From the NCBI RefSeq assembly GCF_006345805.1, contig NC_043005.1:83142001-83206000 (forward strand): a DNA stretch of 64,000 bases, given 5' to 3'. How positions within the stretch are numbered: the first letter of the stretch is position 1; every line of letters starts with the position of its first letter. Both the position numbers and the translations under genes were made by a program. Origin of the DNA: Octopus sinensis. Taxonomy: Eukaryota. Under the pieces are notes generated by a model, which was not told where the DNA came from, made no database searches, and worked only from the letters and a program-made list of their open reading frames with translations. Below are positions 26,510-39,047 of the stretch, one piece after another.

Positions 26510-27699
26510 CATATATGTGTGTATGTGTATTTATGCATACATGCATGCATATGTGTATGTATGTACGTATGTATGAGTGTATGTATATATATATATATAC
26601 GCTTGTATGAGTATTTATATATGTATATATACACATACGCATATGCACACATACGCACGTGCACACATACATACACACGTACACGCACACTCACACACAC
26701 ATACACACACACATACACACACACACACGTTTATATATAGACCTATGTATATCGGTGTCTGTGTCATACTACTAAAGATACATCAGTAACACACATATGT
26801 CTTTGAGAATGAATTTTAAATGAGAACTTGGTGTTTATCCGGTTATTGACGCTAATGTTATTATCCAGAGACTCGATATAGGAAAACTAACTTTGATTCG
26901 CAAATATGACACTAATGTAAAGTGTCAGACAAGCTTTGGCAAACTATTTAGAACACGGAGAAAAATTTTATGGAAAGCTAACATTAACGAGGACGTCATA
27001 GTGTGTATATGAGTGCGGGATTTTTTTTGCTTCACTATGCATGTATGCACGTTTGTGGTAATGTGTATGTTTGGTTTATATGTATGTGTATGCGTGAGTA
27101 TCAATGTATGTGTGCATTATGTACGTACGTATGTATGTACGTACATATGCATGTATATGCATGTATATGTGCGTATGCATGATTGCATGTGTGTTGGTGT
27201 ATTTGAACATTCCATTGCACACAAATTTCCTTTACTAACACGGGGAAGGAAATAAATCTGGACACGTTTTGATTGGTTCGAAAATCGATATAAAAATGTT
27301 TTTGCTATAATCATTTATTTATTTATGTATTTATGTATTTATTTTATATATTTTCATCATGTTTCGTTTTTGTATGTTTATTGTTGTACTTTTGTAGTAT
27401 GTATATGAGCACAACTATGTATATTTGTGTGTATGTGTCTCTTTCTCATAAGAAAGTGTGTGTGTGTACGTCTGTGTATGAGTAGTATGTTTGATCAAAT
27501 TGCCACCTAACAAGAAATCACTTTGAAAATATTATCTAAATTTAATAATAACCCTGTGACGAACACTTTCAAGTTTGAAAAAGATACCTGCCACTGGCCA
27601 AAAGGGCATTGGGAATTGTTAACAAACTGTTTCAGTTGTTCGTTTAACAAAAAGTAACTTTTACTGAAACATAACTTTCTAGACAGACGATATATAATG

Positions 27700-27777
27700 T
27701 TAAAAGGAAGTTTCCACTTCTGTGGAGAGCAAAAGAGAAAGGGAGGTGACTCCACAGAAGTGGAAACTTCCTTTTAA
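27700..27777. other. Perfect 28-bp inverted repeat with a 22-nt loop (mini-MITE or hairpin)
   Basis: ttaaaaggaagtttccacttctgtggag (27700-27727) is the exact reverse complement of ctccacagaagtggaaacttccttttaa (27750-27777). Confidence 0.95.
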
Positions 27778-28055
27778 TTATGTATGATGGAGGCTTTTGT
27801 TGTTCTTGCACTTTTTGTTGTGGTTATTACGGTTGATGTGGTATTTATAGTTTTATTTTCTTTCACACACACACAACAGAAACACACACACACACAACAC
27901 ACACACACATACACACAAACACACTCAACAACAAACAAAATGCTGACATTGATTTATACACAACCATTTTTTGTCTGGTGTTCTTGTAGTTGTTTCGTTT
28001 GTGTGTTTTTTATTAGTTCGTTTAAAATATCAAAGAATTGGTAAACTTGTTTATG

Positions 28056-28106
<51 letters not shown>

Positions 28107-28718
28107 GAGGAGAGAAAGAAGGAAAGAAAGATACAAATGAGGGAGAAAGAGAAAAAGAGGGAGAGAGCTACCATTTCTCGCCACTCAACAATTGTAGTTT
28201 ATGTTCACCAGAACAGAATCGGTTCGTATCGGTGTCAACGGTAATGGTCGTCGTCGCCGTCGTGTTGCTTTTAGACCCAGGGTAGCTCTAATGAAGCATA
28301 CCTATCATAAAAGGAATTCCAGCATATGACCATTCCGTTATTTTTCAGAGAGTTTTTTTTTTATTTATTGGTTTTAGAGGGAGGGTCAGTGCCCATTGTG
28401 CCATCATGCCTCCAGGACTTGTGAGGCTGATTTCATTATTGTTTCGTTTACAATATTGCCACTCAGCAGTTGTTGGAAAGACATGAGCGGGGAGGTGATT
28501 CCAGCGGGTTTATTTTCTGTTGAGGAAGGATTGGAGATGGGCACAGTATTGGTAACGAGAAGAGGAGAGACAAGTTAATCAACAGTTTTTAATAGGATAC
28601 ATTATTAATTTTTACAAGAAAAAGATTGACAGTGATTTCGAAGTTTCAATTTACTCAGACTGTTTATATATATAAATGTATACACACACACACATGCATA
28701 TATATATGTATATATACA

Positions 28719-28985
28719 TGTGGGTGTGTAGTAAGTAGCTTGCTTACCAGCCACATGGTTCCTGGTTCAGTCTGAGTGTCTGTGTTTGTCCCCACCTCCA
28801 TCAGCGCTTGACAACCGATGTTGGTGTGTTTACGTCCCCTTAACTTAGCGGTTCAGCAAAAGAAACCACTAGAATAAGTACTAGGCTTACAAAGAATAAG
28901 TCTTGGGATCGATTTCCTCGACTAAAAGACGATGCTCCAGCAAAGCCGCAGTCAAATGACTGAAACTAATAAAAGAGTAAAAGAA
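28719..28985 (+). mobile_element. SINE family B, internally deleted
   Basis: gtgtgtagtaagtagcttgcttaccagccacatggttcctggttcagtc is joined directly to the 3' half (cttgacaaccgatg...gactgaaactaataaaagag). Confidence 0.85.
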
Positions 28986-28995
28986 TATATATATA

Positions 28996-29045
<50 letters not shown>

Positions 29046-29329
29046 TATATATACATACATACATATGGTGTACTCTCACGTCGAAGACGATGTATGAGTG
29101 TCCATCGAGTAGACAAAAAAAAGAGATCCAACGTGATAGACAATCAACCACACACTCACACTACTATTACTATTATTCACCAATGTTTACAATTCATTCA
29201 TTTCACACGGTGACTCCTCATGAGAGTCCTCAGGCCACCAAAAGCATAATGTTTATGAGCATCACACTAAACTAGTACATGGTCATGCAGAGAAATCACA
29301 ACGAAGAAAATTTTTTAATATTCAAGTGT

Positions 29330-30180
29330 TTCAAATTACCTTTGAATTTATCCTCCTACTATAGAAATGGCCTTCCTACATTGCATTGTAAATTTACAAG
29401 TTGACCATAAAGATTTGTTTTGGTATTCCACCATTATTCATGCGAAAGATGTGTCGACACCATCGCATCTGAAACTTGATTAAGAAAGCTTCTGTACACA
29501 TTTCCACACATTTCCAGAATACTGCTATTCTTTACTCGATCATTCCACTTAACCATGCATATTTGTCTAAGATATCTCATATGAAAACAGTTCAGTAGAC
29601 TGATTTGCTTACGATAAGGTGTCCAATATTTTACACTATAGAAAAAAGAGTTGTTAGGACAACTGACTTACACGTCTATTTTTGTTCTTACTGAGACATC
29701 ATGAGCACTCCAAAGTCGATCATAAAGCTTCCCAAAAGTTGTACTGAATATTCCAATATGAGTTTGGACTTCCCTATCGAGCTTAACATCGCTGGTTACT
29801 GTAGAACCCCAAAATGTGAAAGTATCGACTGTTTTCCAACCTTTGCTTTTAAGAAAAATGCTGGGCAAGATTTCTAGATTGTTATCAGAACGTGGCTGAT
29901 ACAACAGTTCAGGTTTTTTATGTTAAGCTAAAATGTTTGACTGCTGCTATAAATCTGTCAATGATGTGTTAGATGTCCTCAAGTGTATGAGCAAATAGGT
30001 CGCAATCATCTGCAAACAAGGAGTCTCTTATTGTATAAGATGCAATTTTATACCTTGCTTTGAAACGCTGTTGATTGAAGATGTGACCCGTTTTCCTATA
30101 TTCAAGAAAACACAACCTCTTCTACATCAGAAAAGGCACAATCCATCATTATTGCGAAAAATAATGCAAATAATGCTAAT
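29330..30180 (-). pseudogene. RTE (BovB-like) LINE RT fragment
   Basis: Minus strand gives IRDSLFADDCDLFAHT, YQPRSD, FTFWGSTVTSDVKLDREV, GKLYDRLWSAHDVSVRTKIDV and QMRWCRHIFRMNNGGIPKQIFYGQL. Confidence 0.85.
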
Positions 30181-30314
30181 GACAAACACAACCTTGTTTT
30201 GTACAATTCTAACATCAAAAGGCTGAGATATATATGTGTAAATACATACAAATATAGGTACATTTACATAAACGAACAGATATATGTGCGTGGTGTGTGT
30301 GTGTGTGTGTGTGT

Positions 30315-30347
<33 letters not shown>

Positions 30348-30375
30348 AGACAGCGAGACAGACAGCTAAATAGAT

Positions 30376-30457
<82 letters not shown>

Positions 30458-30479
30458 AAATATATTTCAGGGTCAAGGT

Positions 30480-30960
30480 TAATAATGAGGCTAGTGATAG
30501 TAGTAGAGGTAGAAGGTGGGAGTAAGAGAGAAGGACGGTTTAGGTAGTATATGAATGGTGACCTTTGTGTTAGTTTGTATGAAGGTTATGGAGTTAAAGA
30601 TGAAAACGGGAATGTCTATTATTTGAGGAAAATAAGTTGATTAGTTCAGTGGCTGAGGGAGATTAGTAAGGAAATAGAGAGGAGATAGATTGGGGTGAGA
30701 AGGTAGTCAAAAAGCAGTTTTAGAGGGACAAAGGAATTGGGTTGGTATTGGAGGGGTCGTGCTATGGTAAAGAGAGGTAGGGCGTGAATAGGGAGGGGGT
30801 AGAGGTAGAATGGTTAGTTTTCAAAGGAGTGGAGTATTGTTAATAAGTTTTTGAAACTGGGGAGGGTGAGGAGGCTAAAAGGGAAGTGGGAAGTAGTTGA
30901 TTTGAAGAATTTGGAAGAAACTTGAAATGTGTGTATGAGAAAGAATAAGTGTGGGGTAGT
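30480..30960 (-). pseudogene. Decayed Penelope-like RT region
   Basis: C/T-rich minus strand with ARPLQ (cf. GRPIVS), FNSITFIQT and PSTSTTITSL, resembling PLE RT. It lies next to a clear GIY-YIG fragment. Confidence 0.45.
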
Positions 30961-31063
30961 ATTTTTTAAGTAGTAGGCTGACTTTGTCTCAGTTTAAGTT
31001 TATTTTAGGTATGGAAACTTATAGGATTACATAGATTTAACGAATACGTGAAAGATGCGTATT

Positions 31064-31400
31064 ACTTGTGTTTACAAGAATAAATAACATCAGATAATCT
31101 ATTAAGCAATGAGGAGTTATGAAGGCGAAGTATGGTTAATGATTCTTTTATACATAACTTACACCTGCCGATGTTTGCATTGGATGGCGGAGACTTGCTT
31201 ACTATGGACCACGATAGGGTGTATGAAATATTTTGAGATTTAAGGTTGTGTATATATACCTTGCTAAGGAGGTTGATAATTTAGAATTTGGATTGGAGAA
31301 AGAGGTCATGTGTGCACGGTATGGGCGCTAGAAATCTGCGGTACCGCCGATATATACCCTTGCTTGGTGGGAGCGTGGTGTTATAACACGGCACTGGTAG
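31064..31400 (-). pseudogene. Penelope-like element GIY-YIG endonuclease C-terminus
   Basis: YQCRVITPRSHQARVYIGGTADF*RPYRAHMTSFSNPNSKLSTSLARYIY, then after a frameshift LKSQNISYTLSWSIVSKSPPSNANIGRCKLCIKESLTILRLHNSSLLNRLSDVIYSCKHK*. Confidence 0.85.
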
Positions 31401-31428
31401 ATTACATTTTTGCGTACACACACTCATA

Positions 31429-31646
31429 TACGAGGAAGTGCTGGAAAGTTGCTAGTATTGAGGGTTTCGCGAAAGGTTTGGAGACCCAGCCATCCGAATT
31501 CTTTTACAGAGCTTAAAAAACTGAAGGAGCGCTGCAATAAGTGTGTAAATCTAAGAGGTGGATTCGTTGAATAAAATCATAATTAACTGATCCTCCTGAA
31601 TTTTCTTTTACCCAAAACCAGGAACTTTTCAGCAACCACTTGTGTA
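31429..31646 (+). mobile_element. Internally deleted mariner element (about 218 bp)
   Basis: TA-flanked TIRs tacgaggaagtgctggaaagttgct and aggaacttttcagcaaccacttgtgta. It retains a mariner C-terminus ERCNKCVNLRGGFVE*. Confidence 0.8.
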
Positions 31647-32824
31647 TATTCAGACACACACACATGCACATACACACACAAACACACATATATATGTAAT
31701 GTGTATTTATATGCATATATATATGTGTGTACAAACACATACACACACATCTATGTATCTGTATATATGTATATAAATATACATATATACCCGTATATAG
31801 ATATATGTATGTGTATGTATGCATGTACGTACGTGTATATATATATATATATATATGCATACACACACACACACACACATAATATTGCTTTCCATGCTGT
31901 AGGCCTTATTTAGTAACCCAGAACTATTCATGGCTTTCTGTGTTTACCGCCTGCCTACAGTAATTAATCACACAAGATTGACGGTTACATAGAATCGAAT
32001 AATTGTCTCCAATGGAACAAAGAGAAGGAAACATATTTAGAAAATTATTGGTAATATTAGCGTTTACTTTTAGCCTACATAGAGAGGTACGGTTATGGTT
32101 TCTGTGATGATATTTATTTGTCTACTGAAAATAGTTCAGCCTTAAGAGCAAACAACTTTTTTTTCTCTCTAAATGCACTCTTTTCCAGTACCCTATTGTA
32201 TTTGTTTGCATCTTCATCGAATGTTTGTATGAGAAGTTTTTGGAGACTCATAAGTTAACGCTGCTAACAAGGTTCTTAAAAATTATGGTAGTTTGTTTAA
32301 CTTTTTGTCATTGAGCATCTATGTTCTTTTCTTAAGGTTTAAATTCACAAATTCAGTGAACGTCGAGGAAGCTAGTTATCGTTCGTTTGTAGTTGCAGTG
32401 ATTTTTATGTTTAAGTTTTTAAAGCACTAATCGGTTCTTTTTGTTTCTTTGTTGTTTCTTTATTGTTTCTTTGTTATATCTTGATTATTACCGTTTATGG
32501 TGTTAGAAATATAAAGACGATCATCTCTGTACAAGGCTATGTCTTGGATTTCAAATCTAGATTTAAGTTCAGTCAAGGGTGAGTAATGCAACCAGATTTC
32601 TTACTTTCGTACTGCCTGAACGTCCATCATTTTACCAGCATGACCATTAATGTATTTCCGACAGAAATCCTGTTAGAAATGAACTACATATTCATGTGTA
32701 TGGTTATATCAACATCGCTTTCATCAATATCGTTATGCACCATTCAACACTCCAGGGTTATAGCGGAAAAGGGCTTGGAAACAATATCGAACTGGGATGA
32801 AATTACACCTTTCTCTCCTTCTCT

Positions 32825-32880
<56 letters not shown>

Positions 32881-33620
32881 CTCTCTTTCTCATTCTCTAT
32901 TTCTATGTATATAGTCATGTGCGCGCGTGCATGTGTATATGAGTATGTTTCCAGTACCAAACCGTACTGTCGCCAAAATAGTTTGAGTGTTCAGTCAGCT
33001 GTACCAAATCGTCAATGTCCAAGACAGTTGCACTCAGTCATTTATTTTCCCACGCTCTCATATTTGGGCATACATCATACACACATTTACAGATGTGAAT
33101 GTGACTTTGTTCGTATGTACATACATACATACATAAAATCATGAACGCATCTGTAAAAGAAAATATTACAGTCATTTATATGAGATTAAATCCATTCACA
33201 CAGACATATAGGCAAGCATACAGCAAGATAATATTTACTGGTGACATGGCACTCAAACATACATTCACAAACCACTGGAATTGTCTTGGCTCAAACAAAG
33301 AGGCTTTGTCACTTTCTTAGTGATTGGTTTGAAATCTACGATGAAGAATTTCGATAAATCCGAAGCAAAACTACTTTTACAAATAATCTCTTACTATTTC
33401 TGACTGAAAATACTCATCATATCAACGGCAACATATACACATACATACGCGTATGAGTGTATATATACGTGCATATATATCTATATTCGTATGAACACAC
33501 ACTCACATATGAATATATTTGCATACAAACAAAAACATACATGCATGCATATGCACATACACGCAACTGATACATACACATAACATTCATGCATACAGAC
33601 ACAGGTAAATACATGCATAC

Positions 33621-33790
33621 ATACACACATGCATACATGCATACATGCATACATATGTACATATATACGTACATGCATAATACACACATGCATACATGCA
33701 TACATATGTACATATATACGTACATGAATACATACACACATGCATACATGCATACATGCATACATATGTACATATATACGTACATGCATA
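33621..33790. repeat. Three-copy 50-60 bp higher-order repeat built from (CATA)/(CATG) microsatellite
   Basis: acacatgcatacatgcatacatatgtacatatatacgtacatg recurs three times. Confidence 0.85.
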
Positions 33791-34398
33791 CATATACATA
33801 AGTACATAGATATATACAAGTACGCATACATACACAGACAGTGATACATCCATACATACATCCATATATACACATATTGACGCTAAACGTGACATGCCAG
33901 ACAATCTGGCTGTTGCAGGGACAACACTCGTGATAATAACCAAGAGACGGAGCCTATTTTAGCCACTGCACGGATATAGAAACTGTCTTAAGTGCTGTGA
34001 TTAACACCGAATTGGTATTATTAAGAAGAGACACGCAGGAAGTGTAGAAATGCTGATAGGACAGCGTGGGTAGAAGAGGGCAGATAAAAAAGACGAAGTT
34101 TGAAAGTAACGTTGATACATACATGCATGCATACTTACACACATACATGCATACACATATATAGGTGTGTGTACACATGTATTTATACGTATATACATAC
34201 ATCTGATTGGATATATATATATATATATGTGTGTGTATGTGTGTGTGTGTGCGTGTGTGTGTGTGTGAGTGTATATATATATATATATTATATATATTAT
34301 ATATATATATATAATAATATTAGGGAATAAATCCAAACTTACAGGGAAAAATTAGATTTAGGATTAAATCCAATTTTATAGTATAAATATATTATATT

Positions 34399-34727
34399 AT
34401 ATTATATTAAATTAGGGATAAAACCACTATTAGGCAAATCAAACAGTGAAAAACATAAGCCAATACATAAAATTAATTTAAAAATATAAAAGTTAAAAAT
34501 AAAATAAAAAATTATTTAAATAATTTAAACTTATAAATTTTATATATATATACAAATATATATATATATATATGTATGTATGTATATTTTTATAAAATTT
34601 ATAAGTTTAAATTATTTAAATAATTTTTTATTTTTAACTTTTATATTTTAAAATTAATTTTATGTATTGGCTTATGTTTTTCACTGTTTGATTTGCCTAA
34701 TAGTGGTTTTATCTCTAATTTAATATA

Positions 34728-34731
<4 letters not shown>
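34399..34731. repeat. Long near-perfect inverted repeat (about 140-bp arms, about 45-bp TA-rich loop)
   Basis: Left arm ..ttaaattagggataaaaccactattaggcaaatcaaacagtgaaaaacataagccaatac.. mirrors right arm ..gtattggcttatgtttttcactgtttgatttgcctaatagtggttttatctctaatttaa.. Confidence 0.95.
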
Positions 34732-34790
<59 letters not shown>

Positions 34791-35100
34791 CCGTCCATAC
34801 ATGTATGCATTCAAACATTCTATCAATTATGTTATATCTTCGATACAATATACATCAGTATACAACGCCGTGTTTATTTAGGAATATGTATGCGTGAGTC
34901 TGTCTATTTGCGTGTTCACACACACACACATACATATGTGTGCGTGTGTGTATGCATGTATGTATGTATGTATGTATGTATGTATGTATGTATGTACGTA
35001 TGTATGTATGTATGTATGCATGTATGTATGTATGTATGTATATAAAAAATAATGATAAAGTGGCCAGCAAACATAATCAAATAGGCAAAATATATCTTAA

Positions 35101-35516
35101 AAGTCAGAGTACAATATGCACCTGTTTGCTAGCAAGAAGAATTTAAATTCTCCAAAGTTAGGCAGCTCTCGCTATACGTAGACATGCACGGAGAAAGCAA
35201 GTGTGCTAAAGAAACAGTTGTCCCCATTTGTAAAACTACAAAGAGGAGGGAAGATATCTCAATATCAACAGATTTCGCTTTCTGTTCCGAATTGACACTT
35301 ACAGCTAGGCTTACTACGTAAACTACTTTTTAAAGTATATTTACCATTCCGTGCGTGTCTGTTCAGCTGAAGGTCCCGCGACTTCCAAACGAACATCATA
35401 TTTTTTTAGTATATTTGCTACTTTCTCCGTGCGTGTTTACATATGATGGGAGATGCGTAGCTTTGGAGAGTTTTAACTCTTCTTTCTAGCAAATAGGTGC
35501 ATTTGTTTCCTGACTT
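35101..35516. mobile_element. 416-bp MITE with TTAA TSD and AAG...CTT termini (Kolobok-like)
   Basis: ttaa at 35097-35100 and 35517-35520. About 100-bp imperfect TIRs: aagtcagagtacaatatgcacctgtttgctagc.. and ..ctagcaaataggtgcatttgtttcctgactt. Confidence 0.75.
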
Positions 35517-35670
35517 TTAATATATCTACCGGGTTGGCCAAAACTCACCTGACAGAAAATTTAAACCATTTAATTTCAAGATTAAAACAAAGAATTATTC
35601 TATATGAGACTTCGTTAATAAAGAGACCAATGTTGAATAATCACAGCATTCAATTATTAAACATTTATAA

Positions 35671-37865
35671 AACTGAACAAGAAAAATTTTGCTATTGGAG
35701 TAAAATCATCTGATTAAAACTAAATCGAGAATGCTGATTCCAAATCCGCACTCAGAATTGTTCTAGCACGTCAGGATTTTGAGTTACTCGCATGCGCAAA
35801 ATTATAGCTATACTTTCGGCTAGATATAGGCCGTATTATAAAATTTGTTAATATGAAAGCGATATCAATTCAAAATTAAAGAGATAACAGCAATGAAACA
35901 AACGATAAGAAAGTCCATTATTTAGTTTAACAATAGATGGCGCTGAGGTATTGTGTGCAAGCGCCAAATACGTCAGTTTGTCTTGGTAACTCTCAGTGTC
36001 GTTTGCGCTGCCGTCACGTGTGGTATGTGTATCTCTCGCTCTGCATATTTACTGTTTTAACTGTATTCATTATGTTAGATCATGAATAGGAGAGGCTGTG
36101 TGAATCACCCAGACAACCTTTGTTACGTCTAGAAAATTTGCTCCGCCTGACCAGCTGAAGAACACTACCACCAACTTAAAAACTGCCTATAAATATTATT
36201 TCAGGTGTAAAGTTGGGACCAAGACAAGAGGTGGGCACATCATATATGCTGCACTGTGTGTTACTCAGGGCTTAGACAGTGGCTGAATAGAAAACGGAAC
36301 GGAATGCCTTTTGCTGTACCAGTAGTAGGTGTGGGCCAAAGCTTCATGTCTCTGGTTGTTACTTTTGCATGACTAATATTAGTGGTTTCTCAAAGAAAAC
36401 CAAAGCAAAAGTTGTATATGCAGATTGTAAGTCGGCTCTAAAACATGACTTCGAGAACCCTGTCCCAGTTCTCCTCTCACATGATTCACTTGACACGTCA
36501 CATGATGAGCCCCCAGACGAAAAGTATGTAGCTGATTGTAAGAAAAATGAGCCACGCTTGTTTAATCAAGATTGAACGATTTAGTAAGAGACCTAGCTTT
36601 GCCAAAGGAGAAAGCAGAAGCAACAGAATCTCCTACAGCAAAGTACGAAATTTCCATTTTCCGTTCTCGCCCTGAAGGATTATCTGTCTTTTTCAAGCAA
36701 GAAAATAATACTTGTTTCTGTACTGATGTTAACGCACTCATGCAAAAACTTGTAATGAAAGACGTTCCATTCCTGTGGGTCGTGTTGTCGGTATGGAAGA
36801 AACTTATGAATCAGTTGAACTCATTCTGAAAGGAGTTAATTACTCAGTCTATAAGTGGAATATGTGTGGTTATTTAAAGGTGATTTCCCCCTTCCTAAAG
36901 CTGCAGCTGGGATATAGCAATAATATGTGCTTCTTGTGTATTTGAAACAACCACGAAGAAACAACCACTGACCTAAAAGAGATGAGCGAATAGTTGGTCA
37001 GTACAATGTGCAGCATATTCCACTGGTAGAGCCGCAAAAGATCTTCCTTCCACTCCTTCACAAAAAAACTTTGTAAAAATAATGGCACACGTTGGTTGTG
37101 GCTTCCAGAAACAAAAAGTAAAATTCGGTGCAGAGAAAAGTGACGCAAAACTGAAAGCAGGCATTTTCATTGGACCTGAAATCAGAGAAGTGATGTCTTG
37201 TAGCAAATTCAGAGTTAAACTGAATCCAGTTGAGCTGACTGCATGGAATTCATTCGTATTAGCTGTAAAGAACTTACTTGGAAATCATAGAGCTGAAAAT
37301 TATGCTGATTTAATAAACAACATGCTAACAGCGTATGAAAGAAGTTGATGCCGAATGTCCTTTAAAATGCGCATCCTGCACTCTCGTTTTTTTTGCAACA
37401 AATTTTGGTGCCGTTAGTGATGAGCATGGTGAGAGGTTCCACCGTGACATATCTTAGAGGGAAACGAGGGATCAAGGCCGGTTCAATCTACACATAATCG
37501 ATGACTACTACTGGTTCCTACATAAGTGCAAGAGCAAGTATTTCAAACACTTCTGAGCTGAGCATATCAAAAATAAAGTGAGTATCTCCTTAACATAAAT
37601 ATACTATGTACCATTATATTATAATACTATTTGCCTTCACATAAATGTACTATATACAGTACTAATATACTTTTATAATAATTATTTACCTTGAACTTAA
37701 CTATTCCTGATACTAATATACTATTAATATATAATTAGGCGCATAAATCAAAATCCCGACGTGCTACAGCAATTCTGAGTTCAGATTCGTAATCAGCGTA
37801 CTCGATGTAATTTATTACACCACTATTTGTGTGAGTAGTAGACAATATATTTATTTTGCCCAGTG
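35671..37865 (+). mobile_element. Decayed Chapaev3-like (CMC) DNA transposon
   Basis: Termini (c/a)actgaacaa and ttttgcccagtg. A roughly 65-bp subterminal IR (35721-35790 versus 37741-37810) is visible. The transposase pseudogene lies inside. Confidence 0.8.
36082..37560 (+). pseudogene. Transposase pseudogene (Chapaev3-type)
   Basis: MNRRGCVNHPDNLCY, HICCTVCYSGL, CYFCMTNISGF, FNQDxLNDLVRDLALPKEKAE, AKLKAGIFIGPEIREVM, NFGAVSDEHGERFHRDI. Many frameshifts and stops. Confidence 0.85.
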
Positions 37866-37947
37866 CAATTAGAATGAATAAATATAATTGAATATTAAAT
37901 ATTTATGGAATTTTGATTTACTGTCGGGTGACTTTCATCCAACCCTG

Positions 37948-38084
<137 letters not shown>

Positions 38085-38136
38085 CACACACAGCACATAT
38101 ATATATGCATGTAGATATATGCATAAATATATATAG

Positions 38137-38167
<31 letters not shown>

Positions 38168-38598
38168 CACACACACACATATTCGCAAACAAAACCACAC
38201 GCACACATATGCACACGCATATATAGACACTATACATACACCACACACATAGCATTAATACAAGAAAATCCTTTCGGTTTGTCCCCAACGAAGTTCTACA
38301 TATTTTTGCGTTTCGCATCTTAGTAATTCAGAAGCGCGAAATCACAGTAATAAAGCTTAATAAGTAGCTTAGTATCGGTGGTAATAAAATTATCAACAGA
38401 TTAAATACAACTCTAGTAATCTCAGGTAGTTTCACGGGATTGCCAGTACACCCGTTCACCTACCAACCGGATGAATGGTATATGCTTATTACACACACAC
38501 ACGCGCGCGCGCGCGCGCGAGCTCAGATCCTAACAGGAATATATGAACGAACATACCGATACAGCCCCGTGTTTATGAATAACTTGCATATCTAGAAG

Positions 38599-38636
<38 letters not shown>

Positions 38637-38764
38637 GATTTAACAAACATATATATATTCTGACTTGGAAAATATAGCTAGTAAACAAGCCACGAGAGCT
38701 ATTTCTTGCCAGCTCCACCCCAACCAATTCAACTTTCTCTTCTACCCTTGTATTCCTTTTTTTT

Positions 38765-38940
38765 TTATATTTTACCTTGCTTCAGTCATTAGACTGCAAC
38801 AATGCTGGGGCACCATCTAGAAGAAATTTAGTTGAACTAATTGACCCCAGTACTTACTTTTTAGAAGCCTGATACTTATTAAGTTATGTGGACGTAAACA
38901 CACCAACACCAATTGTCAAGTGGTTGTGGAGAATAAGCAC
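38765..38940 (-). mobile_element. SINE family B (3' part)
   Basis: cttgcttcagtcattagactgcaacaatgctggggcaccatc...gacgtaaacacaccaacacc. Confidence 0.75.
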
Positions 38941-39014
38941 GGACTCAAAGTTTGTCATACATACACACACACATGTATATATATATATATGTATTTATAT
39001 ACACACACACACAC

Positions 39015-39047
<33 letters not shown>

